DNA from: an uncultured bacterium
Lineage (GTDB): Bacteria; Patescibacteriota; Doudnabacteria; UBA920
Reading direction: 5' to 3'
DNA: 64,000 nt
NCBI GenBank assembly: GCA_963749445.1
Contig: CAVVMJ010000005.1
Location: forward strand, 98,915 to 162,914
Both the position numbers and the translations under genes were made by a program. Below the pieces are notes generated by a model, which worked only from the letters and a program-made list of their open reading frames with translations, ran no database searches and had not been told where the DNA came from. Shown here piece by piece: positions 37,647 to 46,810 of this stretch. Position 1 is the first letter of the stretch. Each line of letters starts with the position of its first letter.

Positions 37647-39170
37647 ATGGGACTGCCGTCAAAAAAGCGCATAGTTGGGAATCAATGCGGGTCAATCATG
37701 ATCTTCAATATTTTGATTATTTTTATTTTTTCCACCGTGCTCATCGGCATTTTGAGCGTGGCCACTTCCCAGCTGCGACTTTTGCGCAGCAGCATCTACC
37801 GCGAGTCGGCATTTGACATCGCCGAAGCCGGGGTGAATTATTACCAGTGGCATTTGGCCCATTTTCAGACCGATTACGCCGACGGCAGCGGCCAGACCGG
37901 CTGCAACCCCTGCGGCCCCTATGTCCACAACTATACCGACACGGACAACGAAACCGTTATCGGCAAATTCAGCCTGATGATTACCCCGTCTTTGCTCGGC
38001 TCCACCATGGTGACCATCCAGTCCACGGGCTACACCCTGGCCGCCCCAGCTACCCGGCGCGTCCTGACCGTGCAGTACGGTATTCCCAGCCTGGCGCAGT
38101 ATTCGTTTTTAAGCAATTCCGACGCCTGGATCGGGGGCACGGAAGCGGTGCACGGCCAGTTCCGCAACAACGGCGGTTTGCGTTTTGACGGCACGGGCGA
38201 TTCCTGGATTTCTTCGGCTAAAAATAACATTCCGCCCGGGCCGGGCTACCAGTGCAGTCCGTTTTTCGGATGCTGCCCGGTGCTGACCAAGCCCGGCATT
38301 TGGGGATCCGCGCCGGGTTCTACCCAGTCATTTTGGCAGATGGGCCAGCCCAATTTCAACTTTACCGGCATTACCGCCGATTTGAACACTTTGGAAAATG
38401 ACGCCAAAGCCGGCGGGATTTATCTGGCCCCTTCCAATAGCCAGGGCGATTCGTTGGTGTTTAAAAACGACGGCACCCTGGATATTTATAAAGTCACTTC
38501 GCGCAAGGCCAATCCCACGGGGTATGACACCAATTGCAGCTACAGCGCCTCTTTATGCGCCAGTTCCTGCGGCAGCGCCTGCCTAAATTCCCTCCAGTGC
38601 GAGGCGCGCAACGACCAACTGGACTATAACGCCCGTACGTTCCAAAGCAATCAGGCTATCCCGGGCAACGGCGTCATTTACGTAGAAGATAATGCTTGGG
38701 TGGAGGGCACGGTCAAGGGCCGCGCGCTGGTGGTGGCGGCCAAGCTGGGCGCCGCTTTGTCTTCCATGCCCAACATCATGATTCCCAATAATATAGTCTA
38801 CAATGATTTAACCGCCAACAGCACGGACATTTTGGGCCTGCTGTCGCAAAAGGACATTGTTATTACCTACGCGGCGCCGCAGACTTTGACCATTGACGCG
38901 GCCCTGATCGCGCAAAACGGCGTGGCCAACTTTTTTGACTTCAGCGGCGGCTGCAGCAGCGTGGCCGCGGAAAAGACCACCCTGAACATTTTTGGCTCCA
39001 TGGCCAGTTACGGCATTTGGACCTGGACTTGGACCTGCGCCAACGGCAAATATTCCGGCTACCTCAACACCAACACCACTTACGACGGCCGGCTGCTGTA
39101 TTCGCCGCCGCCGGATTTTCCGGTTGACTCCGCCGCCGGTTACCAGCAATTAAATTGGAAGAGCAATTAA
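37647..39170 (+). CDS. PilX-like minor pilin / pilus-associated secreted protein (alternative start MIFNIL at 37698)
   Basis: Hydrophobic N-terminal helix IIFIFSTVLIGILSVATSQLRLL. 507 aa, Cys-rich. Confidence 0.45.
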   Translation: MGLPSKKRIVGNQCGSIMIFNILIIFIFSTVLIGILSVATSQLRLLRSSIYRESAFDIAEAGVNYYQWHLAHFQTDYADGSGQTGCNPCGPYVHNYTDTDNETVIGKFSLMITPSLLGSTMVTIQSTGYTLAAPATRRVLTVQYGIPSLAQYSFLSNSDAWIGGTEAVHGQFRNNGGLRFDGTGDSWISSAKNNIPPGPGYQCSPFFGCCPVLTKPGIWGSAPGSTQSFWQMGQPNFNFTGITADLNTLENDAKAGGIYLAPSNSQGDSLVFKNDGTLDIYKVTSRKANPTGYDTNCSYSASLCASSCGSACLNSLQCEARNDQLDYNARTFQSNQAIPGNGVIYVEDNAWVEGTVKGRALVVAAKLGAALSSMPNIMIPNNIVYNDLTANSTDILGLLSQKDIVITYAAPQTLTIDAALIAQNGVANFFDFSGGCSSVAAEKTTLNIFGSMASYGIWTWTWTCANGKYSGYLNTNTTYDGRLLYSPPPDFPVDSAAGYQQLNWKSN

Positions 39171-39371
39171 TTTAATTGACAAAATTGACATAATTGAGCA
39201 AAATTGAACATAATTTGATTTGGCAATTATGTCAATTATTCCCGCCTGCCTACGCCAATTATCAATCTCAGATAAATACTAACAATCAGCTGGCTAATCA
39301 ACATCATTAAAATATAACAAACGGCATCGGCGGGCAGGTAAATTATGGCAATTATGTCAATAATCCTTATG

Positions 39372-39782
39372 TTCAAAAAAACTTTTGCATTTTTGTCCAA
39401 GGCGTTGATAATATCGGCAATGTTTTTATTGCCGTTCGGCGTTTCGGCTATGATTTTGGTGCCCAAAGGAATGGTGCCGAATCCGCCGCCGCTGCAGCCG
39501 CATTCGCCTTTGGTCAAACCCAATATTTCCCAAAACGTCAATACGCCGCCCCAGCCAGCGCCGTACGGCCAGACTGCGACTTCGGCGTCCGCCTCCTTGC
39601 CGCCGCCTGCCACAACCAGCCAGTCAGCCGTTGCGCCGCCGCCCGATAATACGGTGGCCGCGGATGAGCAAAGCGCCGATACCACGGCTTTATGGGCCAA
39701 ACCCTGGTTGTGGGCGCTGGTTTTGGTTGTCGGAAGTTCGTTGGGGTATTGGCTGGTTATGAAGGATAGGGATAAGAATTAA
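39372..39782 (+). CDS. Pro-rich membrane-anchored hypothetical protein (track ORF start 39345 lies inside a repeat motif)
   Basis: MFKKTFAFLSKALIISAMFLLPFGVSA... C-terminal TM helix WLWALVLVVGSSLGYWLV. Confidence 0.4.
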   Translation, partial: FKKTFAFLSKALIISAMFLLPFGVSAMILVPKGMVPNPPPLQPHSPLVKPNISQNVNTPPQPAPYGQTATSASASLPPPATTSQSAVAPPPDNTVAADEQSADTTALWAKPWLWALVLVVGSSLGYWLVMKDRDKN

Positions 39783-39875
39783 ATCATTGACATAATTGCC
39801 ATAATTTAAATAATTGCCATAAATATTGGGCCTATTATTTATGTTCAATTATGTCAATTATGTCAATAACATCAT

Positions 39876-41154
39876 GACTCAATCCGCCGCGGGGGATAGC
39901 GAACTGTCATCAATCTACAAACTGCCGCGCGCCACCTGCCCTTACTGCGGCCACAATCCCAGCCCACATTTTTTTACCTGGTACGTGGAAAGCCTGGACA
40001 TTTTATTGGCGCCTTTGCGCCGGTTAATTTTTTACAACCCCGCATCGCGTTTGGTAAGGCGGTGGTTAAAATCGCGGCAGTTTGGCTGGCGTTTTGCCTC
40101 GCTGCTGTTAAAACTGCGGGTGTTCCAAAAGCAGTCTGACATATCGGTTTGCAAAGTCCGCCGCGCCCAGGTCTTGTGGGAAGAAGCGCAAAAACGCGGC
40201 ATCAAATTTTTCGGCCTAAAATTGTTCGGCAAAAATTTGGATATGTACCTGGCCGAGAAAAGCGGCAAAAGGTTGTTTATTGACGGCTTGCCGCGGCCGC
40301 AAAATTCTGACGGCGGCATGCTGGACGTAATGGATGACAAGCTGCTGTTAAAAAATAAATTGGCAGCTGCCGGTTTGCCCGTGCCAGCCGGCGGGAGCGC
40401 GACCGGAATGCCATCAGCTGTTAAAATTTTCCGCTTGATTGATAAACCAGTTATCGTTAAGCCGCGTACCGGCAGCCGTGGGAGACACACCACCACTTTT
40501 GTCCGGACGGAAGAAGATTTGCGGCAGGCCGTCAAAGTCGCCAAGCAGCTTTGCCATTGGGTAATGGTGGAGGAGCAGCTGTTTGGCCCGGTTTACCGTG
40601 CCACGATTATTGATGGCCCCTCGACTTCGCCCCTTCGGCCTCGAGCTCAGGGCCGAGAGGTCGGGACAAGCAAGCTTGCCGGAGTTTTACGCGGCGACCC
40701 GCCGCAGGTAACTGGGGATGGCAAACATACTATCGCGCAGCTGATAAATATCAAAAACTCGCAGCCGCACCCGAGGGTTAAGGACATAGTTATGGACTCA
40801 TCAGCAGAGTTATTTTTGCAGCGCCAGCAATTATTCGCCGACACGATTTTGCCAGCCGGCCAGATTGTACCGATATCCGAAAAAATCGGCCTCAATTCCG
40901 GAGGGTCGTCCAGCGAAGATTTTGACATTTGCCATCCGGACAATGCGGAGCTGTTTTTGCGCGCCGCCGAGGTTTTGGGCGACCCGCTGGTGGGTTTTGA
41001 TTTTATTATTCCCGACATAGCAAAATCGTGGAAAAGCCAAAAATGCGGATTCATTGAAGCCAACTCCCTGCCCTTCATCAATCTCCATCACGATCCACTG
41101 AAAGGAGCCCCCCGCAACGCCGCCGCCCTGGTTTGGGAGATGATGGGAATGTGA
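39876..41154 (+). CDS. ATP-grasp protein resembling the N-terminal domain of cyanophycin synthetase, with in-frame element insertion
   Basis: VIVKPRTGSRGRHTT, ATIIDG...LAGVLRGDPPQVTGDGKHTIAQLI, ILPAGQIVPISEKIGLNSGGSS and VGFDFIIPDI. Track start 39826 is encoded by repeat motifs. Confidence 0.6.
40617..40666. repeat. family B element (CCCCTCGACTTCGCCCCTTCGGCCTCGAGCTCAGGGCCGAGAGGTCGGG) inside ATP-grasp gene
   Basis: Encodes PSTSPLRPRAQGREVGTS between the conserved IIDG and KLAGVLR. Confidence 0.65.
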
Positions 41155-41212
41155 TTGATTAGGATAATTATTAGGTATATACTAATGTATATACAAGTAT
41201 ATATACACGCAT

Positions 41213-41380
41213 ATGAGAAAATACGCGCAAAAAAATATCCGCAAGCTCATCAGGCTGTCGGGCAGCGTGGTGGTCAGCCTGCCGGCGGAATACGTCAGCG
41301 AACTGAAATGGAAGCACGGCCAGAAAGTCGTGGTCCGCAAACAGGGCCGGCATTTGATAGTCAAGGATTTTAGGGATTAA
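41213..41380 (+). CDS. 55-aa AbrB/MazE-type protein (below ORF-track length cutoff)
   Basis: MRKYAQKNIRKLIRLSGSVVVSLPAEYVSELKWKHGQKVVVRKQGRHLIVKDFRD. Ends 6 nt before the glycerate kinase ATG. Confidence 0.5.
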   Translation: MRKYAQKNIRKLIRLSGSVVVSLPAEYVSELKWKHGQKVVVRKQGRHLIVKDFRD

Positions 41381-41386
41381 AGTCAA

Positions 41387-42682
41387 ATGGAAACCAAAAC
41401 GCGCATCATCAAAAATTTTGACAGGCTGGCGACGTCAGATTTGCGGCGGCGGGCGTTGACTATTGCGGAAGCGGGTTTTGCCGCCATTGATACCAAGGCC
41501 GCGGTGAGGCGGACAGTTAAATATAATCAGCAAAAACAAATTTTGGAAGTCGGCGATAAAAGATATCGGCTGGCGGATTTTGAAAGAGTTATGTGCATTG
41601 GTTTTGGCAAGGCGGCGTTTGACGCGGTGAGCGAGCTGCAAAACATCCTCGGCGATAAAATAAAGTGTGGGTTCGTCATTGACCTAAAAGAGGGATCTTT
41701 GGGCAATATTGTCTGTAAAGTCGGTACGCACCCATATCCGACCAAGGTTAACATTGAGGCCACCAAGGAACTTTTGGCCATGCTTTCGGATTGCACCGAA
41801 AAAGATTTGGTATTGTGTGTGGTTTCCGGCGGCGGCAGCGCTTTGCTTTGTTATCCGCACGAGATGTCCTGCGAGGCCGAAGTGGCCATTATTTCGGCGT
41901 TGACCGTAAAAGGCGCGACCATCCAGGAATTAAATACGGTACGCAAGCACATCAGCCGGGTCAAGGGCGGCAATTTGGCCAAGTTGATGTATCCGGCCAG
42001 CGTCATCAGCTTAATTTTTTCCGACGTGCCGGGAGACGATATCAGTATGGTGGCCTCTGGCCCCACGGTGGTGGACAAGACTTTTATGAAAGACGCGGCC
42101 GCGGTTTTAAAAAAATACGACGTGCTGGAGGCGTGCCAGATGCCCTCGTGCAAGCTGACGGAAACTCCCAAACAGGCCAAGTATTTTGAAAAAGTCCAAA
42201 ATGTTCTGGCGGTTTCGGCTAAGCAGGCTTTGGCCGCCATGAAAGACGCGGCGGAAAATTTGGGTTATGATGTAAAAATTTTTTCCGACAGCTTCCAAGG
42301 CGTGGCGCGCGAGTTGGGTTCACAAATCATCAGCGCCAACAAAATCGGACAATGTCTGCTCGGCGCCGGCGAGAGCTCGGTGAAAATTAGCGGTAAGGGT
42401 AAAGGGGGAAGGAATCAGGAAATGGCGCTGGCCGCTTTATCATCAGTTGCCGAAAATCAGGTTTTGGTTTGCGCGGCATCGGACGGCCACGACAACACCG
42501 ACGCGGCCGGCGCAGTTGTGGACACCGGCGTTTTGACTCGGGCCAAGGCTTTGGGTTTGGATTCAAACCAATTTTTGCAAAACAACGACAGCTATAATTT
42601 TTTTGAACAGACCGGCGATCTATTGCAAACCGGCCTGACCGAAGCCAACGTGTCGGATTTTTTTGTGTGCCTGAGACAGTAG
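41387..42682 (+). CDS. glycerate kinase (MOFRL family)
   Basis: VVSGGGSALL and GKGKGGRNQEMALAA. Confidence 0.8.
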   Translation: METKTRIIKNFDRLATSDLRRRALTIAEAGFAAIDTKAAVRRTVKYNQQKQILEVGDKRYRLADFERVMCIGFGKAAFDAVSELQNILGDKIKCGFVIDLKEGSLGNIVCKVGTHPYPTKVNIEATKELLAMLSDCTEKDLVLCVVSGGGSALLCYPHEMSCEAEVAIISALTVKGATIQELNTVRKHISRVKGGNLAKLMYPASVISLIFSDVPGDDISMVASGPTVVDKTFMKDAAAVLKKYDVLEACQMPSCKLTETPKQAKYFEKVQNVLAVSAKQALAAMKDAAENLGYDVKIFSDSFQGVARELGSQIISANKIGQCLLGAGESSVKISGKGKGGRNQEMALAALSSVAENQVLVCAASDGHDNTDAAGAVVDTGVLTRAKALGLDSNQFLQNNDSYNFFEQTGDLLQTGLTEANVSDFFVCLRQ

Positions 42683-42771
42683 TGTCGATAATCAATTTGC
42701 AATAGATGAATTTTTATGCTATAATTAAATAAATTGAGGGAAATTTTTGATGTAAAAATTTAGGCGGGTAA

Positions 42772-43764
42772 ATGAAAATTGTCTTTTACGAAACGCAAAA
42801 ATGGGAAGAAGAGTATTTAAAGGCAAAATTGTCGGGTTTTGACCTGTCTTTTAATATAGGCAGCAAAATTTTGCCTGATGCCGGCGCGGAGATTGTTTGT
42901 AATTTTGTGGGTTCGCCGCTTACTGGCGAAATTATCGGCAAAATGCCGCAGCTTAAGTTCGTGGCCACGCGCAGCACGGGTTATGATCACGTGGATTTAA
43001 AAGCCTGCAGCGAACGGGGGATTGTGGTGAGCAACGTGCCGACTTACGGCGAAAACACGGTGGCGGAATTTGCTTTTGCCCTGCTTTTGGCTTTGTCGCG
43101 AAAGATTTTTCCGGCAGTTAAGCGGGTGCGCGAACAAGGATTGTTTTTGACCGACAGTTTGCAGGGCTTTGATTTGCAGGGCAAAACCTTGGGCGTGGTG
43201 GGCGCCGGCCACATTGGGGTGTTCGTGATAAAAATCGCCAAGGGTTTTGGCATGAATGTTTTGGCTTATGACCCGCATCCCAAAGAGGAATTGGCGAACC
43301 AATATGGGTTTAAATACGCATCGTTGGAGGATTTATTAAAATCATCCGACGTCATTACTCTGCACGTGCCGTATATGCCGGCTACTCATCATTTAATTAA
43401 CGCGCAAAACATCGGCCTGTGCAAAAAAGGTGCCATTATCATTAACACGGCGCGCGGCGGACTAATAGAAACTTCGGCTTTGGTCAGCGCCTTAAAATCC
43501 GGACAAATTGCGGGCGCGGGTTTGGATGTTTTGGAAGAAGAAGGGTTTATTAAGGAAGAGGCCGATTTGCTGATAAACGGGCATCCGAATTTGGAAGAGT
43601 TAAAAATCGCCCTGGCCGACCACGAGCTGATGTATATGGATAACGTTTTAATTACGCCCCATAACGCTTTTAACACCAAAGAAGCTTTGCAAAGAATTTT
43701 AGATACGACTATAATGAATATAGAGGGGTTTGCAAAGGGGCAGCCGATTAATTTGGTTAAATAA
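42772..43764 (+). CDS. D-isomer-specific 2-hydroxyacid dehydrogenase (glycerate DH / hydroxypyruvate reductase-like)
   Basis: GKTLGVVGAGHIGVFV. Pairs functionally with the upstream glycerate kinase. Confidence 0.8.
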   Translation: MKIVFYETQKWEEEYLKAKLSGFDLSFNIGSKILPDAGAEIVCNFVGSPLTGEIIGKMPQLKFVATRSTGYDHVDLKACSERGIVVSNVPTYGENTVAEFAFALLLALSRKIFPAVKRVREQGLFLTDSLQGFDLQGKTLGVVGAGHIGVFVIKIAKGFGMNVLAYDPHPKEELANQYGFKYASLEDLLKSSDVITLHVPYMPATHHLINAQNIGLCKKGAIIINTARGGLIETSALVSALKSGQIAGAGLDVLEEEGFIKEEADLLINGHPNLEELKIALADHELMYMDNVLITPHNAFNTKEALQRILDTTIMNIEGFAKGQPINLVK

Positions 43765-43775
43765 CATTTACCTCT

Positions 43776-44259
43776 CCTACGAACTTACGAACATTTCGAA
43801 CTACGAACTGACCCGTTATGCCAATAAAACCAAAGATAAGGAAACAAGATTTATTATATCCTGACTTATCGTATGAAATTATTGGCGCGTTGCTTGCGGT
43901 ATACAAAGCTTTGGGGCCGGGACTCCCGGAAAAAGTTTACCAAAGAGCGGTCGCGGAGGAATTAAGGAGAAGAGGGATAAAGTTCCAAGAGCAGGTTCCG
44001 GTAAAAATAATTTACGAGGGCATTCCTATAGGAATTTATTATGCCGATTTCGTCATTGAAGATAAAATTGTTTTGGAATTAAAAACTTACAGATTTTTTA
44101 GCAGAAAAAATATTGACCAAACAGTCGGTTACTTAAAAAGTTTAAAATTACAGCTCGGTATGCTAGCCAATTTTACCAGAAATGGTTTGGAATATAAAAG
44201 AATAATTAATCTTACGTAAGAAGCCGGTTCGTAGTTCGTAACTTTCGTAAGTTCGTAGG
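43776..44259 (+). mobile_element. GxxExxY gene cassette bounded by about 36-bp imperfect inverted repeats
   Basis: Left: CCTACGAACTTACGAACATTTCGAACTACGAACTGACC. Right: CCGGTTCGTAGTTCGTAACTTTCGTAAGTTCGTAGGA, which is the reverse complement with a few mismatches. Confidence 0.5.
43818..44219 (+). CDS. GxxExxY family protein
   Basis: GPGLPEKVYQRAV fits G-x-x-E-x-x-Y. 133 aa. Confidence 0.7.
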   Translation: MPIKPKIRKQDLLYPDLSYEIIGALLAVYKALGPGLPEKVYQRAVAEELRRRGIKFQEQVPVKIIYEGIPIGIYYADFVIEDKIVLELKTYRFFSRKNIDQTVGYLKSLKLQLGMLANFTRNGLEYKRIINLT

Positions 44260-44268
44260 ATCATCAAT

Positions 44269-46480
44269 ATGAAACCAAAACCGCCCGGCAGACGCCATAC
44301 GCCTCACTTACATCATCAAACTAAAATTAACCAAACCATTATGGATAAGGTCAAAATCAAAAGGGTAAAAAGGGATAAAAAGAAAGCCACAACAAAAGAA
44401 AAGATTTTGGCCGGTTTGGGCGTGGGCGGAACCCTGATGGGCGGCATTGCGGGAATGCAGGCTAAACCCAGCGCGCAGACGAAACTTGTCAGCATCACCG
44501 GCACCGAGCAGTCCAGCGGCACTTCCAAAATTAAATCCGCAATAAAAAAGCTTTTTGGCGCGACCATTGGAGCGCAGACGGCCAAGGCGGAAGAAAATAC
44601 CACCACAACCCGCACAGTTACAGATCCGGATACTGGTCAAATTACCACTTATTACGACACCACTATTAATGGTATGCCTGTAACGGTTGACCAAAACGGC
44701 ACTACCTGGATAAATCAGGGCAACGGAGCCGAGCAGGTTGACCCGCAGGATTACGGCATAGATCCCAATGCCATACAAACGCAGGCTACCACGTCGTCAG
44801 ATACTTCCGGAACCTCCGGCACAAGCGGCACATCTGGCACATCAGGGACTTCTGGTGACGATGGTTCAAGCGGCACTTCCGGTACATTTCCGGGACTTCT
44901 GGCACATCAGGTGACGGTGGCGGTACAGCGGTGACATGGCGACAGTGGTGACAGCACCACTAATACCGGCCCCACCCTAACCGGCGCGCCAACCTTAAAC
45001 TCCAGCGGCACGGGCATTGATGTGTCCGGTTTGGCATCTAGTGGCGGCAGCAGCGGCATCAGCATTGACGACAGCCAGGTTAACTACAATGTTCCCGGCA
45101 CCTACACCGTAACCATCAACGCTTACGACAGTTCCGGCAACCTGACTTCCCAGACATACCAGGTCACAGTTCCGGCTACATCTGGAACCGCGGTACATCT
45201 GGGACTTCTGGTGAACTCTGGCACTTCCGGTAGTAGCGACGCCACTAATACTGGCCCCACCCTAACCGGCGCACCAACCCTAAACTCTAGTGGCACGGGT
45301 ATTGATGTCTCCGGTTTGGCATCTAGTGGCGGCGGCAGCGGCATCAGCATTGACGACAGCCAGGTTAACTACAATGTTCCCGGCACCTATACCGTAACCA
45401 TCAACGCTTATGACAGTTCCGGCAACCTGACTTCCCAGTCATACCAAGTCACAGTTCCGGCTACCTCAGGTACATCAGGTACCATCTGGAACCAGTCGGC
45501 ACTTCTGGTACATCCGGTACTTCTGGTGCCACAACCGGCCCCACCTTAACCGGTTTGCCAACCCTAAATTCCACTGGCACGGGCATTAACGTGTCCGGCT
45601 TGACGTCCTCGGGTGGCAGCGACAATATCAGCATTGACGACAGCCAGGTTAACTACAATGCTCCCGGCACCTATACCGTAACCATCAACGCTTACGACAG
45701 TTCCGGCAACCTGACTTCCCAGACTTATCAGATAACAATTCCGGCTACCTCAGGTACCTCTGGCACATCAGGGACATCCGGAACCAGTGGCACAAGTGGC
45801 ACTTCCGGCACTCTGGAACCAGCGGAACCTCTGTCGATTTAGGAGCCCCTGTTTCCGGCTCTATACCATCCCGACTCCAACAATTCTTACAGCTGGACAG
45901 CCTCGACTGCCACCATTGGCGGCCAGCAATACACTAACCTAAACCTTTCCGCCCTGTCGGACGGCCGGATTATTGCCTACATTAACCGGCTGGCACGGAC
46001 GTGACTTCAGGTTTACACCTTGCGGCATGACCGGGACTTTATATTCCGCCTATAAGTGCTAGCTCCGGAGCCTGGTACCTCCGGCACTATCAGGGACTTC
46101 GGGTACATCGGGCACATCATGTACATTCGGTACTACTGGAACTTCAGGTCATCTGTCATCTCAGGCACTCGTCGCCGTCCGCCACAACCGGCAACGTACC
46201 ACCCGTGGTTACATTGAACAACGGCGTGTATACGGCTTCGGTGACTATCAACGGGCAAACCTATACGGCTACAGGATCCACTTTGGGCGATTTGAACAGT
46301 AATATGCAAAAGTACAATAATCTTACCGGCAATAACCAGCAAGTTTTTGCGGCTTTGGCTCAGGCTTCCGACGCCTACGCGTTGAAGCAATATAACGCGA
46401 CGCAAGCGGGTAAAACCCCGGGCAACGGCGCGCCAATTGATATATCCACCGCTTCCGTGTACGGCTCCGATGAGTTATGA
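44269..46480 (+). pseudogene. large surface protein gene with three tandem ~95-aa Ig-like repeats separated by (SGT)n linkers; reading frame broken at the linker microsatellites
   Basis: Track ORFs 44269..44934, 45022..45549, 45555..45842 and 46205..46480 each encode the same unit TGPTLTGAPTLNSSGTGIDVSGLASSGGSSGISIDDSQVNYNVPGTYTVTINAYDSSGNLTSQTYQVTVPATSGTSGT, in different frames. Confidence 0.5.
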
Positions 46481-46810
46481 AACCGCTTACAGCAAGTATT
46501 TGGCCCAGTACTAAGGATCACAACATCAACCCCAACCCCGACCCAACTAACTGACGCGCTCGCCGCTTTGGCAAAGGCTTCGACTCAGGCCGATAATAAT
46601 TTCCAGACTTCGTGGTAGCCAGGATAAAGCGGACCTGATTTATGATCAGACTTACAATAACTGGTTATTAATCATCAGGTCAGACCGGATTAAATATCCA
46701 GACAACCTGCTCCCACTCCGCCTGCCGGTTATGTTCCGCCGGGGACAAGAGCTATCTCCACCAGCAATTCTACCACCGTTACCAACCAGGTTAATGGCCA
46801 AACCATTAGC

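Noticed and set aside
44800-46170. Short spaced repeats (TCCGGCACA-type) as a CRISPR array
   Set aside because: Units are contiguous SGT codons inside a coding gene, with no uniform repeat-spacer architecture
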